From positions 536,711 to 600,710 of the forward strand of contig JBAQNJ010000001.1 of NCBI GenBank assembly GCA_049303675.1: a stretch of DNA of 64,000 nt. The letters run 5' to 3'. The position numbers and the translations under genes are program-made. The notes below the pieces were generated by a model that did no database searches, was not told where the DNA came from, and saw only the letters and a program-made list of their open reading frames with translations. Of the stretch, positions 9,486-18,612 are shown one piece after another (the stretch's first letter is position 1; the number at the start of each line of letters is the position of its first letter). The DNA comes from Microgenomates group bacterium (lineage in GTDB: Bacteria; Patescibacteriota; Microgenomatia; UBA12405).

Positions 9486-9965
9486 ATGAACTCATCATTT
9501 GAAAACAAACAAATTCGCCATATGGATCGTCCTGAGTCTGAATTTACCGACAAAGTAGTCGAGATCAAACGTGTCAGCAAGAAGACCAAGGGTGGTAATC
9601 AAATTTCTTTTACCGCTCTGGTTGTTACTGGTGATAAAAAATCTCGTGTCGGGGTAGGTCATGCCCGAGCCAAGAGTGTCGCCGATGCAATTGCCAAGGC
9701 TATCCAAAAAGGCCGCAAATCCATTATGACTATCAATATTATCAACGGTACCATTGCTGATTCGATTAAATTAAAATTCAAGGGTGCCATAATTCTAATC
9801 CGTCCAGGCAAGCAGGGTAGCGGCTTAATCGCCGGAGGTCCAGTTCGCTCTGTTGTTGAATTAGCTGGTATTAAGGATATTGTTAGCAAAGTCATTGGTT
9901 CCAAGACCAAATCAGTTAATGTTTGGGCTACCTTCAAAGCTCTAGAACAATTCAAAAAAAACTAA
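9486..9965 (+). CDS. rpsE: 30S ribosomal protein S5
   Basis: 159 aa. dsRBD-like N-terminal domain plus the S5 C-terminal domain (GSGLIAGGPVRSV). Confidence 0.93.
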   Translation: MNSSFENKQIRHMDRPESEFTDKVVEIKRVSKKTKGGNQISFTALVVTGDKKSRVGVGHARAKSVADAIAKAIQKGRKSIMTINIINGTIADSIKLKFKGAIILIRPGKQGSGLIAGGPVRSVVELAGIKDIVSKVIGSKTKSVNVWATFKALEQFKKN

Positions 9966-10007
9966 TCTTTACAAACTTTATAAACTTTTAACTTTACAAA
10001 CTCTATT
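9966..10007 (+). repeat. AACTTTA(C/T)AA spacer array between rpsE and rplO, where rpmD is usually located
   Basis: Sequence ctaatctttacaaactttataaacttttaactttacaaactctatt. No L30 ORF is present here. Confidence 0.6.
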
Positions 10008-10427
10008 ATGAATATTCAATCAAGTTTACCCAAAACCACTACTAAACAGCAAAAAAGAGTCGGTCGTGGCTATGGTTCCGGTGTCGGTGGCCACACCACT
10101 GGTCGCGGCTCCAAGGGTGACAAAGTTCGCGGCACCACCAAAATTACTTTTGATGGTACCAAAATCAAAAAAGGCTGGATCAAACGGACACCTTTTTTGC
10201 GCGGCAAACATCGCACTCTCAAACTCGGCACCTATGCAGTTTTCAACTTATCCCGAATTGATGCTATGTTCAAGGCAGGGGAAACCGTTGATACCAAAGC
10301 CCTCAAATTTATGTCTGTCAAAATTTTGGGTAGTGGCACGCTGACCAAAGCCCTCAACTTCAAAGGATTGGTTTATTCCGAATCAGCCAAGAAGGCCATA
10401 TTAGCAGCCGGTGGTAAGATAGATTAA
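10008..10427 (+). CDS. rplO: 50S ribosomal protein L15
   Basis: 139 aa. Gly-rich N-terminus (GRGYGSGVGGHTTGRGSKG) typical of L15. Confidence 0.9.
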   Translation: MNIQSSLPKTTTKQQKRVGRGYGSGVGGHTTGRGSKGDKVRGTTKITFDGTKIKKGWIKRTPFLRGKHRTLKLGTYAVFNLSRIDAMFKAGETVDTKALKFMSVKILGSGTLTKALNFKGLVYSESAKKAILAAGGKID

Positions 10428-11707
10428 TGAACAAATTCTTTCATTCCCTCTCTCTCTACGTCGAAGGTCTAAAAACTCCGCTTCTTAGGAAAAAAATAGG
10501 TTTTACTCTTGGTATCCTTATTCTCTTTCGTTTAATTGCTCATATCCCTGTTCCGGGTGTCAATTTAGCTCTCTTGCGTCAGTTCTTTTCCCAAAACCAA
10601 TTATTATCACTTCTCGACATATTTTCTGGTGGCACTCTCGCCAACTTTTCTATTGCTGCCCTTGGGTTAAATCCCTACATCAACGCCTCAGTGATGATGC
10701 AGTTACTGACATTAGTTAGCCCTCAGTTGGAGGCACTCAGCAAAGAAGGTGAGTATGGTCGTGCCAAGATTAACCAATATACCAGAATCATTACCATTCC
10801 CTTGGCGATTGTCCAAGCATTGGGAATGTATGGTATTTTAAGATCGCAAAACATTATTTCCAACTTAGCTCCACTTACCTTGATAGCTTTAGTCTTAAGT
10901 ATGTTGGCCGGCACTATGATCATGATATTTTTAGGCCAGCTAATAAATCAATTTGGCGTTGGCAATGGCATTTCTATGATTATTTTTGCCGGTATCATTT
11001 CTCGATTACCACTTTCTGCGGTTCAGGCATATAGCATTACCGACTTTAGTAATCCACAGACCGGCATAAATTTGGTAGTTTTTGCTCTAATGGCCATTGG
11101 ATTAATTTTAGCCATAGTTACGGTAGAAGAAGCTATATTACGCATTCCCATTCACTATGCCAAGCGGGCTCAGGTCACTTATCTACCTGTCAAGGTTGAT
11201 ACTGCCGGAGTCATGCCCATTATTTTTGCTGTATCTTTGGCCACTATTCCCTCACTAATCGGTCAATCCTTAGGTAAACTCTCCAATCCAGCTATAGCCA
11301 ACCCAGCTTTAGCCATGGCTCACTTTTTCCGTACTGATGGTTATTTTTACATCATATTTTATTTCTTACTCGTCATTGGTTTTACCTTTTTCTATACTAG
11401 TGTTGTTTTCAAGCCCAAAGATATTGCGGAGGAATTACGCAAGTCTGGTGGATTTATTCCAGGGATTCGTCCGGGTATTGCCACCGAAAAACGCCTTGGC
11501 TATCTCATAAATAGAGTTATAGTTATTGGAGCTGTCTTTTTAGGTACCATTGCCGTCTCACCCTCGATTGTCCAAAAAATGACCGGCATCACTTCATTAA
11601 CCATTGGTGGAACCTCTGTTTTGATTGTGGTTTCAGTAGTTATCGAGCTCACTCGCAAAATCGAAAACGTTGTCCAAACTTATAATTACGATAAGTTAAC
11701 TTATTAA
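10427..11707 (+). CDS. secY: preprotein translocase subunit SecY
   Basis: 426 aa multi-pass membrane protein in the secY position, with a SecY-like TM pattern. Confidence 0.95.
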   Translation: MNKFFHSLSLYVEGLKTPLLRKKIGFTLGILILFRLIAHIPVPGVNLALLRQFFSQNQLLSLLDIFSGGTLANFSIAALGLNPYINASVMMQLLTLVSPQLEALSKEGEYGRAKINQYTRIITIPLAIVQALGMYGILRSQNIISNLAPLTLIALVLSMLAGTMIMIFLGQLINQFGVGNGISMIIFAGIISRLPLSAVQAYSITDFSNPQTGINLVVFALMAIGLILAIVTVEEAILRIPIHYAKRAQVTYLPVKVDTAGVMPIIFAVSLATIPSLIGQSLGKLSNPAIANPALAMAHFFRTDGYFYIIFYFLLVIGFTFFYTSVVFKPKDIAEELRKSGGFIPGIRPGIATEKRLGYLINRVIVIGAVFLGTIAVSPSIVQKMTGITSLTIGGTSVLIVVSVVIELTRKIENVVQTYNYDKLTY

Positions 11708-12288
11708 TGCCTCTTAATTTATTTATAATCGGACCTAGTGGCTGTGGCAAAACTACCCAGGCCAAAAAAATCGCTGAAAAATATTCTCTCAGCCATATCT
11801 CCATGGGGCAATTGCTACGAGACGAAATTACTAAAAAGAGTGGTTTTGGACTTGAAGCCAAAAAATATATTGATGACGGACAACTTGTTCCAGATGATCT
11901 AGTTTTTGACGTATTGATTTTAAAACTCAAATCTCTCAATTATCAAAATTTTATTATCGACGGCTTCCCTCGAATTTTAAATCAAGGACGGATCATCGAA
12001 TTTTATTTACGTAAGCAAAATATGCCCATATCAGCCGTGATTCATTTGGGTGTCACCTTTGCGGAAATCACTGATCGTCGAGTCAAAATGGGGGACGACT
12101 TTCAAGACAAAACCCGCACCGACAATACTCCTGCTGATATCGCCAACCGTCAAAAGTTTTACGATGACAATATTGAACCTATCCGTGATTATTTCACTCG
12201 CAAAAGCGAGTTCATTGATATCGACGGCAACCGCCCTATCGAACCTATATTTGAGGATATCTGTTTGGCCATCAATAAACTTTTATGA
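11707..12288 (+). CDS. adk: adenylate kinase, short-lid type
   Basis: 193 aa. The sequence carries a GPSGCGKTT P-loop and follows secY. Confidence 0.9.
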   Translation: MPLNLFIIGPSGCGKTTQAKKIAEKYSLSHISMGQLLRDEITKKSGFGLEAKKYIDDGQLVPDDLVFDVLILKLKSLNYQNFIIDGFPRILNQGRIIEFYLRKQNMPISAVIHLGVTFAEITDRRVKMGDDFQDKTRTDNTPADIANRQKFYDDNIEPIRDYFTRKSEFIDIDGNRPIEPIFEDICLAINKLL

Positions 12289-12782
12289 AAGTAGCTATTT
12301 TTATTGCCACATCTATTAATGGTCTAATTACCAAAGCTGATTTTGACTCAGACTGGGTCAATGATTGGGATACTTTTACCACAATCATCAAAGAATATGG
12401 TTGCGTGGTTATGGGACGTAAAACATATGAAGCTTCTCTAGAAGTCTCTCCTTTTCCTGCTGCTCAAAATGTAGTTTTGACTAGCAACACTGAGATTTCC
12501 AACGACAAGGTAATTTTTTTAAATTTATCTCCAGCAGAAGCTCTATCAGTACTAAACAAGAGGGGATTCGACAAGTTACTCCTAATTGGAGGTCAATATA
12601 CTATTACTGAATTTCTCAAGGCGGGACTAGTTGATGAAATATATCTAGATGTACATCCACTTTATATCGGTCGAGGCAAATCAATTTCTCAGTCAATTGA
12701 TAATTTAGATCTCACCTTAATCGATACAAAAACATCAGAACAAGGTATTGTCACCCTACATTACAAAATCAATAAAATATGA
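12285..12782 (+). CDS. dihydrofolate reductase-like / RibD C-terminal domain protein
   Basis: 165 aa. MKVAIFIATSINGLI...VVMGRKTYE...LLIGGQ...DEIYL pattern typical of the RibD_C/DHFR family. It occupies the slot where map usually sits. Confidence 0.7.
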   Translation: MKVAIFIATSINGLITKADFDSDWVNDWDTFTTIIKEYGCVVMGRKTYEASLEVSPFPAAQNVVLTSNTEISNDKVIFLNLSPAEALSVLNKRGFDKLLLIGGQYTITEFLKAGLVDEIYLDVHPLYIGRGKSISQSIDNLDLTLIDTKTSEQGIVTLHYKINKI

Positions 12783-13270
12783 AAACCTTTACCGAATTTT
12801 TCCACAAACTAATTCAAAACGCCAACAGCCAAACTATTTTTGAAATCTTTGGTCAAAAAAAGACAATCAAAGGTATGTCACTATATTCAGCCGAACATGG
12901 CAGTAAATACTACAAAATCGTCTTTTCAGACAACAGTCTACTAATTGTCCTGCCAGAAGAACAGATAGTTCAGTATGCCCACAAGGAATTGGGTCATATA
13001 AAATCAATCTCCGACGAAGATGTCGGTGAAAAAGATATAATTGAATACAAAAATCACCAGTTCAAGTTGGAAAACAAACACGATTATCAATTTGTATTAC
13101 AAAAAATTGTCGGTGGATTGCATGACATCGAAGGTGAGTGTCAATTTTCCGACTATGTTAACATAAGCGATTCAGGAGATTGTCTTAGTTTGGCTTGGAT
13201 TGCCTTCGACGGCCGCCGCTCCGACGTCAATTCCCAGACTATCAATATAAAAGATATTAATATTTTATAA
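12779..13270 (+). CDS. hypothetical protein, no recognisable domain
   Basis: 163-aa ORF tightly coupled (4-nt overlap) to the upstream gene inside the ribosomal operon. Confidence 0.5.
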   Translation: MKTFTEFFHKLIQNANSQTIFEIFGQKKTIKGMSLYSAEHGSKYYKIVFSDNSLLIVLPEEQIVQYAHKELGHIKSISDEDVGEKDIIEYKNHQFKLENKHDYQFVLQKIVGGLHDIEGECQFSDYVNISDSGDCLSLAWIAFDGRRSDVNSQTINIKDINIL

Positions 13271-13284
13271 TTTAATAAATATAC

Positions 13285-13491
13285 TTGATGAAAGATCCAA
13301 CTGTTCGAGCAACTGTTACTGAGGTATTGCCAAATCAACTATTTCGAGCTAAACTCGAAAACGGCAAAGAAATTATTTGCCATTTAGCCGGCAAATTGAG
13401 GATGAATCACATCCGCTGTCTCGCAGGTGACGCAGTTTCCCTAGTTCTCTCCCCCGAGGGTGAAAAGGGTAGAATTGTCTACCGAGGCTAA
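13285..13491 (+). CDS. infA: translation initiation factor IF-1
   Basis: 68 aa. Translation GTVTEVLPNQLFRAKLENGKEIICHLAGKLRMNHIR...GRIVYR matches IF-1 (S1-like OB fold). Confidence 0.92.
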   Translation: MMKDPTVRATVTEVLPNQLFRAKLENGKEIICHLAGKLRMNHIRCLAGDAVSLVLSPEGEKGRIVYRG

Positions 13492-13560
13492 ATTAAATTT
13501 ACTCTTTGATATTGAAGGCTATTTAGGTTACAATATCCAAGTCTTAAAAACCAAAAAAAT

Positions 13561-13674
13561 ATGAAAGTCCAGTCTAGCATCCGCCGTCGTTGTAAAAATT
13601 GCAAGGTGGTTATCAGATCTGGTGTCCGACGAATTATTTGTTCTACCAAAAAACATACCCAAAAACAGGGCTAA
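13561..13674 (+). CDS. rpmJ: 50S ribosomal protein L36
   Basis: 37 aa, MKVQSSIRRRCKNCKVVIRSGVRRIICSTKKHTQKQG, with the L36 C-x2-C-x12-C-x4-H pattern. Absent from the ORF track because it is under 60 aa. Confidence 0.88.
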   Translation: MKVQSSIRRRCKNCKVVIRSGVRRIICSTKKHTQKQG

Positions 13675-13677
13675 ACT

Positions 13678-14097
13678 ATGAGAATATCCGGTATTGAAAT
13701 TCCCGATCATGAGAGAGCGCAGGTAGGCCTCACCCGTTTTTACGGTATTGGTCCTGTCAATGTTCTAGCCCTGGCCGTCCTCGCCAAAATTGACTTAAAC
13801 AAAAGAATCAAAGATTTATCCCGCGACGAAATTGGAAGTCTCATGAAAGCACTCGAGAGTTTCAAAGTCGAAGGGGATCTCAAAAAAGACATTCGCGAAA
13901 ATATCGATCGTCTCCGAGCCATTAAATGCTATCGCGGCATTCGCCATATCGTCTCTCTACCTGTTCGCGGTCAACGGACCAAATCCAATGCCCGTACTCG
14001 CAAAGGCAAGAAAAAGACCGTCGGTTCACTTACCAAAGAAGCATGGGCAAAAATCGAAACCCAGCAAAAAGCCGCTACCGTGGCCACCAATAAATAA
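13678..14097 (+). CDS. rpsM: 30S ribosomal protein S13
   Basis: 139 aa. MRISGIEIPDHERAQVGLTRFYGIG is a classic S13 N-terminus. Confidence 0.95.
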   Translation: MRISGIEIPDHERAQVGLTRFYGIGPVNVLALAVLAKIDLNKRIKDLSRDEIGSLMKALESFKVEGDLKKDIRENIDRLRAIKCYRGIRHIVSLPVRGQRTKSNARTRKGKKKTVGSLTKEAWAKIETQQKAATVATNK

Positions 14098-14102
14098 AAC
14101 AT

Positions 14103-14522
14103 ATGGCAGAAAAAACCTCCAAACCAACTACCACTACCAATTCTACTCCGACAAAGAAAAAGGTCTACAAAAATATCGCCGAGGGTCGACTGACTATCAA
14201 ATCATCTTTCAACAACACCATTGTCGCTATTACCGATGCTAAGGGGAATACACTGGCATGGTCTTCTGCTGGCCATTGTGGTTTCAAGGGAGCCCGCAAG
14301 TCTACTCCTTTTGCGGCTACTACCGCTATCGAACGCACTCTCGAAGAAGCCAAAAAATATGGTATCAAAAAGTTAGAAATTTATCTCAATGGACCTGGAG
14401 TTGGTCGAGATGCCGCTCTCCGTTTTCTTCGCAGCAAACGCGATTTCGACGTTGAAATGATCTCTGATGTCACTCCCATTGCCCATAACGGTCCTCGACC
14501 ACCCAAGTCCCGCCGTGCCTAA
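14103..14522 (+). CDS. rpsK: 30S ribosomal protein S11
   Basis: 139 aa. The sequence carries the S11 motifs SFNNTIVAITDAKGN and HNGPRPPKSRR. Confidence 0.95.
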   Translation: MAEKTSKPTTTTNSTPTKKKVYKNIAEGRLTIKSSFNNTIVAITDAKGNTLAWSSAGHCGFKGARKSTPFAATTAIERTLEEAKKYGIKKLEIYLNGPGVGRDAALRFLRSKRDFDVEMISDVTPIAHNGPRPPKSRRA

Positions 14523-14531
14523 TAACTAAAT

Positions 14532-15164
14532 ATGTCAAGAATAACCTTAGATTCAAAATGTCGTCTCTGTCGAGCAGCTGGTACCAAGCTCTATCTCAAA
14601 GGTGCCCGTTGTTTATCTTCAAAATGCCCTATTGAGAAAAAGGGAGCTATCGCTCCAGGTATGCACGGTGCCAAGAGATCCAAAAAACCCACTGATTACG
14701 GCATTCAATTAAAAGCCAAGCAAAAAGCCAAAAGAATATTTGGCGTCCAAGAGACTCAATTTAAAAATTATTTTCTCTTAGCCAAGACCAAGAAAGGGCT
14801 AGTGGGCGAAAATTTATTAGATTTAGTTGCCCGTCGGCTTGACAATGTTGTCTACGAAGCCGGACTATCACTCTCCCGTTCCCATGCCAAACAATTAATT
14901 TCTCATCGACACATTTTGGTCAATGGCAAAGTGCTCAATATTGCCTCATATCCGGTCAAAAAGTCAGATGTTATTACCCTAGATACCACCTCTGCTTCCA
15001 AAAGCATCGATACTATTCGTCTAACCGACAAGGACTTCAAAGCTCCGCAGTGGTTGGACCTTCAAAAAGCCAAATATTCAGTCTCTTTAGCCGCTGGTAC
15101 TCCGGAATATGGCTATGCAAAAGAGATTGATCTAAATTTAATAATTGAATATTATTCTAGATAA
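14532..15164 (+). CDS. rpsD: 30S ribosomal protein S4
   Basis: 210 aa. N-terminal Cys cluster (CRLCRAAG...CLSSKC) plus an S4 domain. Confidence 0.95.
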   Translation: MSRITLDSKCRLCRAAGTKLYLKGARCLSSKCPIEKKGAIAPGMHGAKRSKKPTDYGIQLKAKQKAKRIFGVQETQFKNYFLLAKTKKGLVGENLLDLVARRLDNVVYEAGLSLSRSHAKQLISHRHILVNGKVLNIASYPVKKSDVITLDTTSASKSIDTIRLTDKDFKAPQWLDLQKAKYSVSLAAGTPEYGYAKEIDLNLIIEYYSR

Positions 15165-15175
15165 AGGAGATAAAT

Positions 15176-16093
15176 ATGGTAGATACAAGCAAATTTAACA
15201 TCAAATCCATCAAAGCCAATGATAGCTATGGAAAATTCGAGCTCTCACCACTTATTGGTGGATTCGGTCATACAATTGGTAATTGTCTTCGCAGAATTTT
15301 ATTAATCACCATCCCTGGTGCTGCCATTACCAAAATCAAAGTTGATGGTGTCAACCATCTCTTTACCACCCTCGCTGGAGTCAAGGAAGACTTAGTTGAT
15401 ATTTCTCTTAATTTAAAAAAAGTAAAATTTACCTATCATCAGGACGAGCCAATTACTCTCGAAATCAATAAAAAGGGTGTCGGTGTAGTCACTGCCAAAG
15501 ACATTATTGGCAACGATCTTTGCCAAGTCTCCAATCCCGACCAAATCATTGCCACAATTACTGACAGCAAGACCACTCTTCGTATCGAATTAGTCGTCGA
15601 AAGGGGAGTCGGTTATACACTGGCCAAAGAACAAAAGACCGATATCATCGGCCAAATAATTCTTGATGCCACTTTTACTCCTGTTCTACGCGCTAATTAC
15701 CAGGTAGAGCCAACTCGTCTTGGTAAAAAATCAAACTATGATAAGTTGACTATGGAAATATGGACTGATGGCTCCATCGATCCCCTGACTGCTATGAAAA
15801 TCGCTGCCAAGGATATGATCAAGACACTTTCCCAAATAGTTGATCCCAAAGAATTTGATGATGAAGTCATCACACTTGCCAGCAACCCTTCAGTCTCTGG
15901 ATTAGACATCTCCATCGAAGAAATCGAACTACCTCTCCGAGTCACCAATGCTCTCAAAAAATCGGGCTATACCACTATTGACAACCTGCTCAAGGGTGGA
16001 CGGGCTGATGTTAGCAAGGCCAAAAACGTTGGTGAAAAATCTTTAAAAATTATTGACGCATGGCTCAAGGAGAAAAACTTTAGCTGGAAGTAA
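15176..16093 (+). CDS. rpoA: DNA-directed RNA polymerase subunit alpha
   Basis: 305 aa. N-terminal dimerisation domain and C-terminal alpha-CTD (ELPLRVTNALKKSGYTTIDNL). Confidence 0.95.
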   Translation: MVDTSKFNIKSIKANDSYGKFELSPLIGGFGHTIGNCLRRILLITIPGAAITKIKVDGVNHLFTTLAGVKEDLVDISLNLKKVKFTYHQDEPITLEINKKGVGVVTAKDIIGNDLCQVSNPDQIIATITDSKTTLRIELVVERGVGYTLAKEQKTDIIGQIILDATFTPVLRANYQVEPTRLGKKSNYDKLTMEIWTDGSIDPLTAMKIAAKDMIKTLSQIVDPKEFDDEVITLASNPSVSGLDISIEEIELPLRVTNALKKSGYTTIDNLLKGGRADVSKAKNVGEKSLKIIDAWLKEKNFSWK

Positions 16094-16102
16094 CTAAAAT
16101 GT

Positions 16103-16579
16103 ATGAACCATCGTAAATTTGGCATCAAACTAGGACGCAATCGTCGCGAAAGAGAAGCACTTTTCAAATCTTTGGTCCGATCAGTTTTTACCCACGGTAC
16201 CATTCAAACCACTAGTGCCAAGGCAAGATCAGTTGTCCCCATCATTGAAAAACTCGCCAACCATATCATGGTCAAGGATGTTGTCCTAGCCTCACGCGAA
16301 CTTTCTACTTATATTCAGGACAAAAATCTAGTCAGTCAAATTGTTGCCAGTGCCAAATCAGCCTTTGCCGATCAAACTAGCAACTTCACCACCATGTCCA
16401 AAGTCAAAATCAGACTGGGTGACGATGCTCTTATTGTAAAGTTTGGTTTTGTTAAACCCTACAAACTAATCATTAAAGATAAAAAAGAAGTCATTAAAAA
16501 AGAAGCTGTTAAAAAAGAAGTTCTTAAAAAGGCAGTAGCGAAGAAAGTCGTTAAGTCAAAAGTTTCTAAAACAAAATGA
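16103..16579 (+). CDS. rplQ: 50S ribosomal protein L17 with Lys-rich C-terminal extension
   Basis: 158 aa. L17 core followed by a roughly 40-aa KKEVIKKEAVKKEV... tail. Confidence 0.9.
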   Translation: MNHRKFGIKLGRNRREREALFKSLVRSVFTHGTIQTTSAKARSVVPIIEKLANHIMVKDVVLASRELSTYIQDKNLVSQIVASAKSAFADQTSNFTTMSKVKIRLGDDALIVKFGFVKPYKLIIKDKKEVIKKEAVKKEVLKKAVAKKVVKSKVSKTK

Positions 16580-16995
16580 AAACCAAAACAACCGTCACCA
16601 AAGGTAACATTATAGATCGTAAATGGCATTTAATTGATCTATCAGATCAAGTATTAGGTCGTGTTTGCGTCAAAATTGCCAATATTTTACAAGGTAAAGA
16701 CAAAATTGATTATTCACCCAACCGTGACGCCGGAGATTATGTGGTCGCTATCAATGCTGCCAAAATACGTGTCACCGGCAAGAAAATGACTGATAAAATT
16801 TATTATCATCACACTGGATATGCTGGTCATCTGCGCGAACTAACCCTTGAACAACTAATGAAAAAAGATCCTCGACAGGTCATTTCTATTGGTGTTCGTG
16901 GTATGTTACCCAAAAACAAATTACGTGCCCGACGTCTGACTCGTCTTAAAATATTTATTGATGCCAACCACACCTACAATGACAAAATCAAATAG
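16576..16995 (+). CDS. rplM: 50S ribosomal protein L13
   Basis: 139 aa. WHLIDLSDQVLGRVCVKIANILQGK is L13-like. Confidence 0.93.
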   Translation: MKTKTTVTKGNIIDRKWHLIDLSDQVLGRVCVKIANILQGKDKIDYSPNRDAGDYVVAINAAKIRVTGKKMTDKIYYHHTGYAGHLRELTLEQLMKKDPRQVISIGVRGMLPKNKLRARRLTRLKIFIDANHTYNDKIK

Positions 16996-17395
16996 TAAAA
17001 ACACCTATACTTATGCTCTCGGTCGACGCAAATCTGCCGTCGCTACAGTCAAGCTTTTTGCCGGTAAATCTGGCGAAAGCCAAGTCAATGGTCAAAAAGC
17101 CGAAGCCTATTTTGTCGGTGAACATAATAAAATTATTTCCGAAAAACCATTTGTGGTGACCTCGACTGTCGGCAAATACTACTACCAGGCCAAAATCGTT
17201 GGTGGTGGTAAGAATGGCCAGTTAGATGCCCTAGTTTTGGCTATTTCTCGGGCTCTGAAGAAAATTGATGAAGCTGCCTACAAACCACTACTTCGAGCCG
17301 CTGGCTTTCTCACTGTTGACTCTCGTGTCCGTGAGCGACGGATGGTTGGTACTGGTGGCAAGGCCCGCCGCCAAAAGCAATCTCCTAAGCGTTAA
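16979..17395 (+). CDS. rpsI: 30S ribosomal protein S9
   Basis: ATG at 16979 within ORF 16958..17395. C-terminal GGKARRQKQSPKR is the S9 signature. Confidence 0.9.
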   Translation: MTKSNSKNTYTYALGRRKSAVATVKLFAGKSGESQVNGQKAEAYFVGEHNKIISEKPFVVTSTVGKYYYQAKIVGGGKNGQLDALVLAISRALKKIDEAAYKPLLRAAGFLTVDSRVRERRMVGTGGKARRQKQSPKR

Positions 17396-17411
17396 AATAT
17401 TAAAGTCAAAT

Positions 17412-17648
17412 ATGTCAGTAAATTTTTTACCCGGTGAAGAAAAGTTTATACTTCGAGCTCGATGTTTACGAAGTCAAGACGTCAAGGCATACAAACAGGT
17501 AACAAAATTGCAAAGTGAAGTGGACCTTGTTGAAGACCTGTTAAATACTGGCATTACTGGAAGAGATATAAAGGCACAACAAAAAATTGATGGTTTCAAA
17601 TCTAGAAAAGCCGCGGCTCGTATGGTGATAATCAACCATATCGCCTAA
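17412..17648 (+). CDS. hypothetical small protein
   Basis: 79-aa ORF from the ATG at 17412, directly after rpsI. No recognisable domain. Confidence 0.4.
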   Translation: MSVNFLPGEEKFILRARCLRSQDVKAYKQVTKLQSEVDLVEDLLNTGITGRDIKAQQKIDGFKSRKAAARMVIINHIA

Positions 17649-17664
17649 TTTTGTCAAGTTTTTT

Positions 17665-18408
17665 TTGCTACACTACTTTATGAGCTTTATCCAAGCCCTT
17701 ATCTTGGCCGTAGTCCAAGGCATCACTGAGTTTCTCCCCATTTCCTCTACGGGACATATCAATTTACTTCAGCATTTTTTTGGACTTAGTCCCTCACTCA
17801 CCTTTGATATTTTTCTAAATACAGCCAGTTTACTGGCAGTCATTTTCTATTTTCGTCAAAAAGTTCCCTATTTTTTCAAAAATTTCAAATATATTTTTGT
17901 GGGAACAATCCCCGCTCTTGTCGCCGGACTTTTTTTCAAAGATCAAATCGAAGTCATGTTCTCCTCTGTCCAAACTTTGCCCTATGAGTTTTTGTTTACC
18001 GCCATTCTCCTCTTATCATCCAAATATTTCAAACATCAGTCTCAATCCATTACCTACAAAAAATCCCTAGTTATAGGTATGTTCCAAGCCTTAGCTATTA
18101 TTCCTGCTATTTCTCGCTCTGGTTCAACTATTTTTGCCGCTCTACTATTGGGACTGGCGCCAATTGATGCCTTCAATTTTTCCTTTGCCCTACTAATACC
18201 CGCCTCAATTGGTGCGCTATTACTCGATATAAAAGAGCTAAGTAATTTGACTATTTTTGGTAGTCAAAATCTTATTGCCTTTTTTGTTTGTTTTTTCATT
18301 AGCCTTGCTTCACTCCACTATTTGCAAAAGATAATGGTCAATCGCTCACTGTGGAAATTTGGCTATTATTGTCTTTTCCTAGGAATGACACTACTCTTTG
18401 TTCTCTAG
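17665..18408 (+). CDS. uppP: undecaprenyl-diphosphate phosphatase
   Basis: 247 aa, 7-8 TM helices. The sequence carries GITEFLPISSTGH, the UppP/BacA signature. Confidence 0.85.
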   Translation: MLHYFMSFIQALILAVVQGITEFLPISSTGHINLLQHFFGLSPSLTFDIFLNTASLLAVIFYFRQKVPYFFKNFKYIFVGTIPALVAGLFFKDQIEVMFSSVQTLPYEFLFTAILLLSSKYFKHQSQSITYKKSLVIGMFQALAIIPAISRSGSTIFAALLLGLAPIDAFNFSFALLIPASIGALLLDIKELSNLTIFGSQNLIAFFVCFFISLASLHYLQKIMVNRSLWKFGYYCLFLGMTLLFVL

Positions 18409-18612
18409 CAGTCGCCTCTTTTCCCTAAGATCATGTCCTCGACACATCTTCGCAATCTATCTTCAATCAACCGGATATTCTTCCGACGCTTTTTTTGGGT
18501 TTCTTTTTTACTATCCGTCTCCTTAAACAATACCTGACCATTTTCAATCGTATATTCTAGATCCATATCTAATTATATCTCAAAATAAACCATTTGTTAT
18601 AATATAAAACCT

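Noticed and set aside
12270-12790. Possible short direct repeat (atcaataaa…tatgaaa) flanking the DHFR-like gene
   Set aside because: It has only 9+7 matching nucleotides and includes the common ATGAAA start context in an AT-rich genome. This is too weak to call an insertion footprint. It is mentioned only as a caveat.
412-17648. Numerous 60-120-aa antisense and alternative-frame ORFs inside tuf and the ribosomal protein genes (for example 412..678, 856..1131, 1067..1402, 2242..2610, 2739..3008, 4514..4843, 4677..4967, 10066..10344, 17265..17648 upstream part)
   Set aside because: They are fully nested in highly conserved, confidently assigned genes and have no independent signals. Nested ORFs of this length are common by chance inside long genes.
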